Assembly (NCBI RefSeq): GCF_006345805.1
Contig: NW_021837025.1
Location: 308,946 to 372,945 of the forward strand
DNA length: 64,000 nucleotides
Origin: Octopus sinensis
Lineage: Eukaryota
Direction: 5' to 3'
Notes under the pieces: generated by a model
Databases searched by the model: none
Told to the model about the DNA's origin: nothing
The model's input: only the letters and a program-made list of their open reading frames with translations
Shown: piece after piece, positions 1-11,950 of the stretch
Layout of the letters: every line of letters begins with the position of its first letter
Numbering within the stretch: position 1 is the first letter of the stretch
Program-made: the position numbers and the translations under genes

Positions 1-817
1 TCGAGTTATCGACAGACACTCACTCTATCCATATATAAATACCCAAACCTCCTTGGAAGTAAAGAAGGAGACCAGACAGTCGATGGCCGACTCAGTCAAA
101 TGGACATTATACATCACATCCACCACAAGTGTGAGTTTAGTGGACTGACTTTTGTACATAGAAAGTGGACATTTGTCAATATATCGACTCAGACAGTACA
201 AATTGTCTTTAGATATAGATTGGGGAGTAATATTGAGATAATGGTCCAGAATTATTAGTATTTGAGTGTTCAAATGAGTGGAAGAAGGACCCTTATAGGC
301 CTCCTCCACGACCTGAACGAATGCTTTGCAGACTACTGAGTCAAACAAGTTCTGAAATATGATTTATCCGACCTGCCTTAAAATGGGGCATTTTCTCTCG
401 TAGATTAATGAGGATATGCCCGATGGAGACATTGGCTGAGTTTAAAGACATTTTGGCCACCAGACGACTGAGGGAGTCACTCAGAATATTGTTAGAGAGA
501 CAGTCTGGGTTGCCTAAAATAGGGGACACGTCCTCGATTATGTTTTCTATTGACATTCCGCTGCATTGGTGAGGGGAGGGGACTTTATATTGGCGGTCAT
601 TAACTTTAGTCCAAAAGCACTGACTAGGGGATCACCGTATTGGAGAAGGCTTTTGCCGATGTTGTATGAATCTGGGTAGACAAGTAAATTTTCCAGATAC
701 TTGGGTTTAATATTATTGGCTAACCTTTGTGGAAATCATCATCTTAGAGGGGTCAGATGTAGGATTTTTGAATAGGTCTAAATGTTGGACCACCTCAGAA
801 ACAATATCACGATGCAT
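1..817 (-). CDS. 5' exons of a putative karyopherin-beta (exportin-5-like) gene, left-arm copy, cut by window edge
   Basis: Mirror of 54262-55078. ATG at 817; splices to MHRDIVSEVVQHLDLFKNPTSDPSKMMISTK|YLENLLVYPDSYNIGKSLLQYGDPLVSAFGLKLM. Confidence 0.5.
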
Positions 818-1062
818 TTTATAACACTTTATAAAATATTTATTTTCAATTTTAGTTTACCAATCAATAATTATATTATTATAATAATTAAAAAATATTT
901 ATAACAATTTATTGACTAATAAAAAAAAGTATTTGATCCATTTTACAAAGGAATGTCGTGTAATTTATTTGTATAATTAAAAATTGAATATAATAAAAAG
1001 TAATAATTAAAAAAATTACTAATTTATTTAGTTTAATATTTCTAAAAAAACGTGTTTTAAAG
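818..1062. promoter_or_regulatory. Putative bidirectional promoter between the exportin-like gene and LYAR
   Basis: 245 nt extremely AT-rich gap between divergent ATGs at 817(-) and 1063(+). Function is inferred from geometry only. Confidence 0.4.
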
Positions 1063-1826
1063 ATGGTCATTTTTGTTTGTGATGTGTGTGGTTCTTCCTT
1101 ACAAAAACGACAAGTAAATGGTCATCGGACGGAATGCAGTGTAAATTCAATTTCTTGCATTCAGTGTGGCATTAATCTAAAGTCCTTGCCATATTTGAAT
1201 ATTCCAGTCTCAATAATTTCGCCCAACACGATTGTTGTAGTTCAGACCAGCCCAAAAAACCAAATCTCAAAAAAGATATATTTCTACGAGTTATCTCCTC
1301 ACCTGATTTTTAGAACATTTCTTCATACCTCGAAAACCCTGACCCCACCTCCCTCCTCCAAATATTCCGACGTTTAAAACAAGTGCCCAACCTCCCCACC
1401 AAAGAACGTGCTTTCCGTGTATTTACCCCCTAAAAACTCAGAATTTTATTTTCTCTACTTTTTCCTGTCGGGAACCATCCACGGTGGACCAGATTTGGGA
1501 GATTGTGTCTGCACAACCAGCGAGTGTCCCCCAATCGAATATTCAGACTGAGAAGCCACCAAAGGACTCACATGTGGCCACCAATGTGGCTCAATCTATT
1601 CTAAACGGCAGTAATAAACACAGAATGAAACTGACTCGTTTGAGAAGGAAGGTATGGATGTGAGTAAGCATCTTAGACCATAAGAATGGTGGAAAGTGAG
1701 GGGAATGTCCCATTGGCTCATAAGTTGGGGAGTGACCTTTATTGGGACAGAATTGTTCGGAAATTGCAAAAAACTAAATATCTAACAGTCGATTCTGCAT
1801 ATGTCACGATTCTCACCAAATTATGA
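1063..1826 (+). CDS. LYAR: LYAR (cell growth-regulating nucleolar protein), multi-exon
   Basis: N-terminal LYAR-type C2HC zinc finger [29 protein letters not shown]. After removing 23-26 nt GT-AG introns the frame gives [19 protein letters not shown]...VDQIWEIV, matching the LYAR NVPRKKAKFQNW...DQVW motif; stop TGA at 1824-1826. Confidence 0.85.
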
Positions 1827-1934
1827 TTTTGATATCCAATTGAACATTTTTTTGACAATTTATATAACTTTATGATAACATCAGAAAGTATTGGAATAAT
1901 ATGTAAAGTGAGTGTCAGAAATAGAACAGTCAAT

Positions 1935-2536
1935 TCAATATCTAACAAGTTTTTCGATATGTTTGAAAAATAGCGAGGAATCTCCATTTTGGTAGTATTC
2001 AAGAGTAGACAAGTCCATTTGATTAATAAAATCAAAAAAATGACTAAATATGAGTATTTGATATCATACGTGAGAGTAGTATAGAATATGTAGTTATCCT
2101 CTCTCAATTTCTGGGCTAGTTCGAGCTGGTGGTTGTCGTATAAGGACTCATTTACCACCACCAGCAGTGGTATTCCCGCATTCAATGTTTCCAGGATTGT
2201 TCCCGCGCCTTACTAATTTCTGGAATTGGATAACCTCCGTGACTGATAACCAGATGGGCGGACTCGATGTCTGCTCGAATGGATGGTTTAAAACTGCTCA
2301 ATTTAGTATTTTATTTTACTTGTAGGCTTCAAGTTCGATGTTTGTGAGGTTATTTTTGAAGTTTTTAAAAATTGAATTTCCATGTTGAATTATTATTTTA
2401 GTGAATTTATTTGTATTTAGGTACTATTAAATGTATTTTATTATCTGACTTTATTAAAATTTTCAGATAAAACAGCAGTAATTAGAGAGTCAAAATTTGT
2501 TGTACCCACAGTCACAAAAACCAGACGTTGATCCAT
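1935..2536 (-). CDS. ALG13: ALG13 UDP-GlcNAc transferase subunit, multi-exon
   Basis: Spliced product [19 protein letters not shown]...LVISHG|[35 protein letters not shown] carries the ALG13 hallmark motifs. Confidence 0.92.
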
Positions 2537-2899
2537 TTTAAGTGATTTAAACAATTTAATCTCAGAAAATTAAGATATATATAATTAGAAACATAATTTA
2601 TAATCATTTGTTTATTCAGTTAAAGTCTTTTAGCTTGTAAAATATTACTAATCTCTTAGAAAGTCTAAGATGTGATATGAAGGAATGAATACACGTGGGA
2701 AACTGGTTACATTTTACCTTCAAATAATAATTTTGACAATAAATTTCATAATTAATTATTTTTAATCTACGGGTATCTCCTTTGGCATATTTAAATAAAA
2801 ATGCTTTTTTTCATCAACTTGATTTTTGGATAAATTGTTAATTATTTCAGAATTTAAATAGAATGGCAACTCGAATTTATCTAACCGCAACAGATATCT

Positions 2900-3720
2900 T
2901 TTTTTGAACAAAGGTATCTATGTATATTTAATCTCTGGCACTAAATCTGCATTTAGTATTATGGACATTCATTTCCCTACTAATTGATTAACAGTAAGCT
3001 GAGTTTCCATCAATCGGATTTAAATTAATTTTTAATTTGTCTAAACTCTCATAAAAATACTTTAAATCGGCTAAATATGAATTTCAAAATTAAAATACTT
3101 AAGTTTTCAATTGCGTTCAAATAAAAAATCTAGATTTAGGGCTATTCCTCTACAGCTATTAATAGCCAGTGCCTTGTCTTGGCGTGCATGATCTCCAAGG
3201 ACTTCCGCAACACCAGTGTCTGGATACTCCACTATGTCCAAATTTTAGTTTGACTTTCACAATGTCAAAAAGTGTAAACAGTTGGCCATGCGTAATTAGT
3301 TGTTCATCTTGTGCTGATAAAGCCAGAAATTGCGTCCAACAAAAAAATTCTATTAAAAATAATCAGTAATTTCCCCACCGAATTGGTTTTTTTCCAGTTC
3401 TCCTGGTAGGTTTTTTTGAAATTCTTAATAGAATTTTAAACTTTGTGGGAATGTACTAACAATATTATCTTCTAGAGAATTCATGATGTTTATGACTCCT
3501 TAATTGATGATTTGTTGATTCATATTCATCATAAGTGATTTTGTCCTAATAATATTTGTCGAATTCATTAAGATTTTTTAAACACCGAGGAGATTTGAAC
3601 TTTTAAATTAATATATGTCACAGTCGGATAAATGGACACTTTCAAATTTTAAGCAATATTGCCATACAAAATACACGTTAATTTTTTCCAAGTCTCACTT
3701 TAAACACATTTTTAATAATT
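2900..3720 (-). CDS. Possible micro-intron gene of unknown function; left copy appears frameshifted
   Basis: Candidate GT-AG micro-introns join frames into ..QFEFFCWTQFLALSAQDEQLITHGQLFTLFDIVK|YPDTGVAEVLGDHAR.. No family recognised. The left copy stops soon after NLDF, whereas the right copy stays open. Confidence 0.3.
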
Positions 3721-3872
3721 TTGGTACCTGTTGAAAAAAGCAGGATTTCGAAAAACCAACATCAAATAATGATTTAAAATTGTAAAAAATCCGTTAAAAT
3801 CGAGATAATAATTAAAATTTACATTATAAAATAGAAAAAAATTCTAGATTCCATATAAAAGCTTCGTCTACT

Positions 3873-3937
3873 CCTAACCCTAATCCATAACTCTATGGGA
3901 GCTTTGCCCATCCCTATCCCTAACTCAAATCCTAACC
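3873..3937. repeat. Degenerate interstitial telomere-like (CCCTAA)-type hexamer tract
   Basis: cctaaccctaatccataactc...ccctatccctaactcaaatcctaacc; mirrored at about 51171-51235. Confidence 0.5.
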
Positions 3938-3939
3938 GA

Positions 3940-4769
3940 TGATTGATTAGCGTTATTTGTGGCTTAATCGTCATTAATTTCTTAGCATAACATTATAGAA
4001 TTAATATTTGCTTGGCAATAAACACATTTATTAATTACTCCTGGAATTTCATTTAGCCTAAATCGTTGTTTTCTGTTGGGATTGTCGTCTAATGTGTGTT
4101 CTTCTTGGTTTCCTCTGATTTTTTGATTTTTTCAAGAATTTCTTTGCTGAGCTTCACAACCCGCATAGTTCCAGGCATTTTTGAATATTGAAAAAAGGTT
4201 AGACGAATTCTTTTCTCCAATTATAGTTTTGAATAGCAACTTGAGTTCTTTTTGAACTGGTCGAGCCATCCATTTGATGCTTTAAATAATTCGTAATTTA
4301 TTATGTGTGAAAAATTTGTATTGCAATAAGTTTCAACATGGTTTTAAGAATTGGAAAAAATTCATTTCTCAAACGTAGAAGTTTCAAAAACTCATCTATC
4401 TAGTGAAGACGATTTATCTTGTGTAAAAGATTGATTATTTGGATCGTATAATTCCTCGTTTCGATCACATTCAGTTAATCCCACATAAAAATAACAAGCA
4501 AAATTTTGTTTAATGCGAGAAATAGTAACTGTAATTAAAAAATTATTTGAATTCTTTTTAAAAACAATACAAGAATAAAAATAAAACTTAAAATGATAGT
4601 ACCATTTGTAATTTTAAATAAATTAAATATGTGCCCCATACCAGGGTCATCAAAAATAAATAATATATTGAAAAATTGACTATTTTTAAAAACTGCCCCA
4701 AAATGCGTGGGTGCCCCAAAACCGAAAGTGGACCACCCCTGAGGTCTGCCCTCAACTGGGGGCGTACTG
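3940..4769 (-). mobile_element. Truncated pogo/Tigger-like DNA transposon (family A), one TIR retained
   Basis: End reads TA|CAGTACGCCCCCAGTTGAGGGCAGACC, similar to the 39939 TIR, with the same GGGGCACCC subterminal motifs. A degenerate CENP-B HTH motif FKASNGWLDQFKK lies near 4240-4290. Mirrored at about 50339-51168. Confidence 0.7.
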
Positions 4770-5212
4770 TAGTGCACTTTTTATAATTTTGTAGAAAGTT
4801 TTTCATAGCAAAAAATTATTTAGGACACAGCTGGAAAAATCGACTTTCTGTCGCCTAAAAAGATTGCAACCGCTTTCCGGAGTTTCCCGTACAAGTCCAA
4901 TTCTATTTAGTGCCATTTTGTCGTTACCAGAACTATAAAGTAAATTTAAGACCAAGTTAATTCATTGTTCAGCACAAATCACCCGAATGTCGTTCACATA
5001 AAGCTAATTAGGTTCGACATTATTTGATTCCGTCAGAATTATACATATCGATCCAAAAGAATCTCGAAACCAGATTATAAATGAGTTTTGTAATGTCAAC
5101 AAATACTAGCAAAGAGTTTAAAATTGTCCAGGAACACTAACAGCAGAACTATTGAAGAAAGTAAATTAATTGACAGTATAAAACAATTTTCATTAAAATG
5201 GAGAAAATATAA

Positions 5213-7051
5213 TCACGTTCGATTAGGTCTGACAGCTTTCTTGCAAATGGGCTGGATGATGGTTCCCGATTTAGTGACAACCCTCGATTTGATCATTTTC
5301 CTAAATGCACTCTCCGGCACCCACGTTCGGTCAATCGGAGTCCTCAAACTCGCCTCAAACTGGGCAACACTCAAAAACGGGAAGGGAACGTGTCTTACCT
5401 AACAACTAACATAAATTATCACAACTCGATGCCCCTCAAATGTAGGCTGTTTCTTTGATATGATCACATTCCCAAACCCAGAATCACGGCGAGGATTTTC
5501 CCGCGCTTTCACAGTATACTGAGACTCACGTTTTTTATTTTTCTTAATTCCAGGGCCAGCCCACGAATTCCACCCAGGAAGAAAAGCCTCCAAATCTCTT
5601 TCTTTCTCGTCTTCAACAACTTTCTGCTTCTCATCCTTGAACTCCCCGACCACATCGACTCCATATGTCACATTCCCAGCAATATCCTCAAAGTTTGGCT
5701 GCTCATTGGGACACACGGACATCCCAGTCTCCACACTAAAGTCCCCCAACTTGAGACTACTCCTCCCAACATCAATTATTGGCTCCTACTCTCACATAAT
5801 AAAAATACTGGAATAGTCAGTTCTTTGTTGACAAATTCCTCCTCGTCCCAACCCCTCTTCGACTCCTTCGGGGCAACCACTGGCTTATATATCTCCGTCT
5901 CGTCCAAACAGCGGTTCATTTCAGCCCTCTCGTCCTCCCACGCCCCCGTCCTATCCACCAAATCTCTCTTCTTTGAACTCATTTGAGAAATAAACTCCCG
6001 AGCCTCCAAATTAATATTTCACATACACTTTCGTTGTATTTGGCATACATTTTTTGGTTATGTGCATATTTTGTGGACGCCGAGTGCTTCAAACTCATTC
6101 TTTCCTTCATTCGGTCAGTTCGGAGTTGGAGAACACGTCGGGAAAACTCCTCAGGGTCCTGTTCCTTGAGGTTTCCCAGGGTCCTCTCATCTTTCTTCCT
6201 CTTCTCGTGCCGAGTAATGCGGCGGTAACTTTTACTTTTGATTTTCTTGGCCCATTTCGCCTTCTTTTCATATTTTGCTTGAAGTGACCGAAGACGGGCC
6301 AATTCTGACTGCATTTTTCGAGCGCTTTCAACATCCATTGCCTTTAGGACCTTTCTTTCATTTTTTGTGAGAGTCAAAGCTGATTTGACTGTATTTTTGT
6401 TAGCTGAAAGCACTGATTGGATTTCCCTCTCCATTTCACAGTCCTCAGTCCGACATAGTGCCTTGTAGGGGTCAATCCTCTCATTTCTGGGGATCACGTG
6501 TTCCAGAGGGTACACAACTTGGTCGGACTAGGAATTGGGGTATTTCCAAACCTTTCTATTCATATCGACAGTGGGTTGCCATAAATTCACATCCTGCTTT
6601 GCTCGTTCATACAAAGCTTGTCTTTCGGTCTATTTTTTACTATTTTTGAGGGACCTTTCTTTTTTGGTTCGTTGATAAAGTTTTTTTAGGTTTTGGAGGT
6701 GGAATGGGTCGTAAGGCGTGCTTTTGTGCCGTTTTGGTTGAAATTAGGTCTGTTAGGGTGATTTGTTCACCTGAAATTCGTATTTTTGATTGAATGTGTA
6801 CTTGGTGGTATTCCGTGTTCTGATATTTTTTTTCCTGCCTCAGTTCGTTGTATTATTTCGGGTTTTTTTGGTTTTTGAACGTCGGCTTTAAGTTTTTTGA
6901 GCATCAAGGAATGATGGGCTGGATCGAGGTCAATATCATTGATTTCGTAGTTCGATATTTCATTATTTTGTGATTCTTTTGAAAGCAACCTTTATTATAA
7001 AATATTGTATGTTTTTAGTAACTTATCGAATATTTGGTGACTTTTACTCAT
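5213..7051 (-). CDS. UTP14: UTP14 (U3 snoRNA-associated protein 14), multi-exon
   Basis: Motifs ELARLRSLQAKYEKKAKWAKKIKSKSYRRI, FLPGWNSWAGPG, NVIISKK and PFPFLSVAQFEASLRTPIDRTW...KSRVVTKSGTIIQPI match the Utp14 family. Confidence 0.93.
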
Positions 7052-7429
7052 GACACCACTAAACCAATAACGTGTATATAATTTTTAAATTAAAATATTT
7101 TTAAAAATAAATAATTTATAATACTATTCAAACTAACAAACTGTTGTTTATATTTAACTTAAATCTTACATTTCTTATGCGTCTTTGAATATCTATCTTT
7201 AGTCACATTAAAATAAATCATTACATGACATGGTTTGACGTATCTTCTGAGATCTAAATTTATTTTAGCTAATATTTATTCGAGATTTATTTTCGACAAT
7301 TTTAGTAAATTTGATTATTTAGAAATGCCTTGTCTCTTTATTTTTTATATTTTTAAATAATATATTTAACTGTAATGCAAGAAAATGATTATTAAATAAT
7401 TTAATAGCTAAATTTATTTCCATAGAAAA

Positions 7430-7973
7430 ATGACGAATGTTAGTCAACAGAGCCCTGTTTCTGATTATTTCGTGGAAGAAGAACTTCAATGTGAATTTTT
7501 AAAATTCAGTACTCAGGGTTTCGACAGAATTTCAAATTATATTCCTCCAAGTCAGAGGATGACTCGATAACCATCTCTGAGCTCCCTCAGGTGATGAGAA
7601 TGTGCGGATACAACCCAAAGGAACGCCAAATAAAAATCTTATGTGAAGAATTATTATTGAAAAGTTATTTAAACGTTTAATCCTAGAAAACGGAGTTGTT
7701 AAATTTCCTGATCTGGTTTTTGCTCTTCAAAGCCTCGACAGAAAACCAGAAAAAATAAGAGAAATTTTAGCTGCCTTTCGAGTTATCGATAAAGAAGGAG
7801 ATGGGTTCATTCAAACCGACCTCCTTCGGCATGTCTTGACTACTGTGGGAGAGGAGTACAACGCCGATGAGATCGGAACCTTCCTTAAGGTCACTGAACC
7901 AGACGTGGATGGTAATCTCGACTATATCGAGTTTGTAAAAAAGTTCCATCCTATTCCACGACCAACTAGTTAA
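7430..7973 (+). CDS. Calmodulin-like / myosin-light-chain-like EF-hand protein
   Basis: Spliced frame ELPQVMRMCGYNPKE...EILAAFRVIDKEGDGFIQTDLLRHVLTTVGEEYNADEIGTFLKVTEPDVDGNLDYIEFVKK; stop TAA at 7971-7973. Confidence 0.85.
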
Positions 7974-8334
7974 AATTTCTAATCAACTATTTTTTTCAAT
8001 CTTAATTTCTCAAACCAAACTACATTTACAATTGTGTACTAATCTGTGTATACTTATCCTCTTCAACTTAAGATGTAATTCTACGTGCTCTGTTATTATA
8101 CCAATTAGTTGAGGATTGGAATTAAAGTTATCCCCAAGTTGCACATCATCAGTTAAATTTTTGAGATGGCTCAAAAACTCGATTATTTTAAGAGATGGCT
8201 CAAAAAACTTTTTTCTTTTTGATTGAAAGATTCATTTGATGAACGATCATTGGCCTGATCACTCAGAAGGAAAAAACTTGTTTGTTTAATTTATCTAATT
8301 TAACAATTTTTCATTAGATATTACTAAAAACAAA

Positions 8335-9310
8335 GACAAAAATTATTTGAACTGCCCGCGCATAAGATAATATGGGCAGTTCCCCCGGACAATCGCCAAC
8401 GAGACTCTTTGAAGAAGATGACAAGTCTCGTAGAGATTTTTTACTTTTCTTGGTGATCTTTGTCCCCAAATTCTCTTATTGAATCCCCTTTGAACCATGA
8501 GTTCTCTTTGGCTGTTAAATGCTGATCCGCTAATGGTCATAAGGTTTCTGATGATTTAACCAAACAGCGGAAATTGGACACAATTTTTTTCCGACTACAA
8601 CATTTTGTTCCTCAGGTGTAAACTTGATTAACACCGCCTGGCCTGTTTGCTCGCAGAGTCCCAAAAGTATTCAGGAGCCTGCTGATAGCTATCCCGATGG
8701 CGTCAGTTGACACATTACTGGATAACGAATGCCTCCGTGTCGCAGTTTCTCTGCACCTTGGATTGAACATCTGCCGTGAGCATTAATTCCGCTGTCGTCA
8801 GACGATTGATACCTTATGACTACATCCGCTATCTTTCTCTCGCTACTTTGGTCTTAATGATGTGGTGAGCCGCGCCCTGGCATCTGCGGGATTCTCTAAT
8901 GTGTTGGAACCAGTCGGGTTGGATTGCAGAGATGGAAAACATCCAAATGGCATGACAACATTTCCCTTCGACCACGGGAAATGCCTCATCTTGGACGCGA
9001 CATGCTCTAACAATTTCTCTCCCAACAATCTGATCTTGTTAGTTGCCGAGCCTGGCTTGGCGGAAGACACGTGGATCATGGAAAGTCAACAAAATACTCG
9101 TCCCTGGCCAGAAATCAATAGCTGTGGAGACATTCTGGGTCATCGGTCCGGAATCGCTTTCTTTCCTTTGTCGGCTAACGAAGATCGCTAAGAAAAGTAA
9201 AAATCCAACGAGACTCTTTATTTTCTGCAAAGAGTGTCGTTGGGGATCTTTTGGGGAAACTGTCAGGCCATCTTATGCGCAGGCAGTTCAATATCATTTT
9301 TGTCCATGAA
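8335..9310. mobile_element. Two 3' fragments of a CRE-like (restriction-like endonuclease, RLE) non-LTR retrotransposon in opposite orientation
   Basis: Plus strand: LNDVVSRALASAG..LEPVGLDCRDGKHPNGMT..GKCLILDATC and IAVETFWVIGPESLSFL. Minus strand 8343-8540: ETCHLLQRVSLAIVRGN. Contains stops and frameshifts. Flanked by an ~80 bp direct repeat (8229-8309, 9381-9458). Confidence 0.75.
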
Positions 9311-9731
9311 AATTGTGTATGAATTATCGCCCGTTACTTTTATTTTTAAGTATTATAGTTCATTAAAAAATATATTGAGAGATTCATTTGATCAACGCTA
9401 ATCGGCCTTGTCACTCAGAAGGAGAAAAACTTGTTTAATTTATCTAATTTTACAATTTGAACTAATAAATCATAAAATTGCCATACTTTGTTCTAAATGT
9501 CACTGTTTTGATAAATTTTAGATATATTTTTGTTTTTAATGTGTTTTTAGTCTTCAGATAACTCATGATTCTTTTATTCAAATCACAATTTGAGGTTATT
9601 TACGTTATTAATTTGGTAAGCGGTTGAGCTTAACCGGAAGTGTCAAACCGAAAAATTTCCTGATAATTCAAAGCATTGAAATTAAACCATCTTTTAGTAG
9701 AGGAAAAGAAAAAATATTAGCAAATTATTTT

Positions 9732-10139
9732 TTAGTTGAGCCCGTACATGAGCTGAGCAATTGCAGCAATAATGCTTATTTTCCCAACAATTTTAGATGT
9801 CTCCGAACTTGGCAAGGTTCCGTTTGGTGTTGTTGCATTTGTTACTGGCGTTGCTGTTGTAGCTGTAGGTGTAGCAGTCGTATCTGATGCTGCTGTAGTT
9901 GTAGGTGCCTCTGTTGTTGTGGTTGTAGGTGCCTCTGTTGTTGTGGTTGTAGGTGCCTCTGTTGCTGTGGTTGTAGCTGCCTCTGTTGCTGTGCTTGTTG
10001 TTTCATCTGTTGCCGTTGTTGTAGCTGCCCCTGTTTCTGGAATACCAGCGGCAGTTGCTTGATTGAATAAGAATATCACTAGGTAAATAATATTAGATAG
10101 AATACTGAATATTCCAAAGATACAAAATGCAATTTTCAT
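9732..10139 (-). CDS. Small Thr/Ala-rich mucin-like surface protein, putative signal peptide and GPI signal
   Basis: Hydrophobic N-terminus MKIAFCIFGIF(27-nt intron)MIFLFNQATA, four 24-bp repeats encoding (A/T)TEA(A/P)TTT, NAT and NGT sequons, and hydrophobic tail IVGKISIIAAIAQLMYGLN*. Confidence 0.75.
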   Translation of the reverse strand: MKIAFCIFGIFSILSNIIYLVIFLFNQATAAGIPETGAATTTATDETTSTATEAATTTATEAPTTTTTEAPTTTTTEAPTTTAASDTTATPTATTATPVTNATTPNGTLPSSETSKIVGKISIIAAIAQLMYGLN

Positions 10140-11139
10140 TTTAGCTATCCAATTGAAATTATTTTTTATCCAATTTATACCAAAATTAATTATTGCGGAA
10201 TAAGTGTTTGATAAGAACAATTGTAGCTTCAATTGTCTTATTCAACCATTATTTTTTAAATGTGTGGTTAAAATATTCCATTTTTGGCATGATGAATTTT
10301 TTATTAGATTTTAACTTCAGGTGCATAAAAAACTTTTTTAATCATTATATCTTGAAATATTTCTTATCCGATAAAAATTTAAAAATTGATAATTAAAAAA
10401 TCCTAACAAACATTCCAAGATAACTGATTTTCTAATATTTATACTTATCCAATATAAAGATCTCTAATAATCTTACCTCAGGCATCAAAAAATCATTATT
10501 TAATTATTTAAGAGCACTAAGCCATCTTCACGATACAATTTTTAATAAAGAACCTACTCACAAAACTGATTGTTTAGAAATATAATCAACTTGGTGCCAC
10601 TTTGATTGCTTTATAAATATTGTCAAAGGGCCTTGTAAATGAGGATTCCAATTTGATAACAGTTTTGTGAAACTTTATACTAAATATACTAAAATTTCTT
10701 TTTGCATAGATTATTCGGTTTCCATTATTATCTTAACATGAATGACAATATTGTGGTTATTAGATACAACAGCATTTCCTTTGATTAATTGTTTGCTGAG
10801 AAAATATATTCAAATGGATTTAATGACTATTCAAGAGATTTTACTTGCCTTGCGGGCAGCTAGGACGTGGACTGAGTAACATCGTCCACTAAAGTGAGCA
10901 AATTTTTACTAAGATGCACGACACCTAAAAAGAATTTTTTAGATAATTTTTTGGCAACAATGTTCTTTAAAACGTGAATTTGCTAATATTTATCTTTTGC
11001 AGAAAATTTATAAAAAAACAGATAACGAACCCACAAACAAAAAAAAAGAAAAGAATAACAATTTTCAGAATTTTATTTAAGTAAATTACTTAATTCCCCA
11101 AGAAGGGCCGCTTGTACTCTTCTTGCGATCTGTATTTTC

Positions 11140-11420
11140 ACTTATTTTGCGTCGGGCTCTCCAGGGCCAGCTTGGCAATTATCCAATTCTGGAAGTGCTA
11201 TGTTGAAGAATCTTTTGAATTTGCCCCCCTTGCTTTCAAATCCTCAAGAATCGTCGACAAGGCTGCGACTCAACTCCTCACTGTTATTGGTATGAGAATC
11301 TCTCCAAAAAAACGACCGGAAGGAGACGAGCTGCCTTTTTCAGCGAATCTCGGTCGCCGTACTTTACAGGAAACTGCCACTCAATATCCAATGCGGGGTT
11401 GTTGAGCTGACTCAGGCTTT
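11140..11420 (+). mobile_element. CRE-like retrotransposon 3' relic
   Basis: FEFAPLAFKSS..IGMRIS..ETSCLFQRIS-type C-terminal motif, frameshifted; mirrored at about 43730-44010. Confidence 0.6.
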
Positions 11421-11950
11421 TGACTATTCTTTGAGTTATTTACTTTTTCTGTTCTCACAAAAAAATTAAAAAAACTTCTCAAGGTTTTTGAATAAGCAGA
11501 ATTTTTTCGACTGGCATTACAGCAGCATTCTAATAATAGTCAACAAAAACCCCGCCTTGGAGCACCTTCACTTTTTGGGGCGATTTTAAAAGCACAACTT
11601 ATTGTATTATCGCAATATAAACACTTTGGAAGATGTGAAAGAGTTCTTTGTTTGCAAAGCAAACCAAAATTTAAATTAAATAAACTATAATTCAATAGTT
11701 TGAACCAGACCCCTGTTTGGAAGGGCACCCCTGGTTAGACTGTTTTTCGGGTAAAAAGGGATTATAGAAAGTAAAGCTTTGTTTAGAATCTAAATTTTAG
11801 ATTATTTAAAGGTAGCAAGTTTTATGAGTACAATGAAGTTAGGTCTTCGATTTTTAATCACTCAATGGCTTAATCAGTTTATTTAAAAACATATAGATTA
11901 AAAAACAGAAATCTGTAGTTATAGAAAATTTTTGTCCCGAAATACGAGTT

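Noticed and set aside
1739-1934. Long hydrophobic C-terminal extension of ALG13 overlapping LYAR
   Set aside because: It arises from ORF read-through of a micro-intron; the spliced ALG13 ends at 1935.
3575-3605. GTTCAAATC B-box-like motif as a tRNA or SINE
   Set aside because: No A-box at the right spacing and no cloverleaf stems were found.
5983-6649. Several overlapping ORFs in the ORF track (also 9772-10062, 26077-26514, 61417-61848)
   Set aside because: Antisense or off-frame shadows of UTP14, the mucin and retroelements, with no independent motifs.
9890-10030. Regular short repeats as a CRISPR-like array
   Set aside because: They are contiguous 24-bp coding repeats without spacers, in a eukaryotic mucin.
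11530-11745. Small pogo-like MITE
   Set aside because: One CAGT-type end and GGGGTGCCC motifs, but no partner TIR or TA target.
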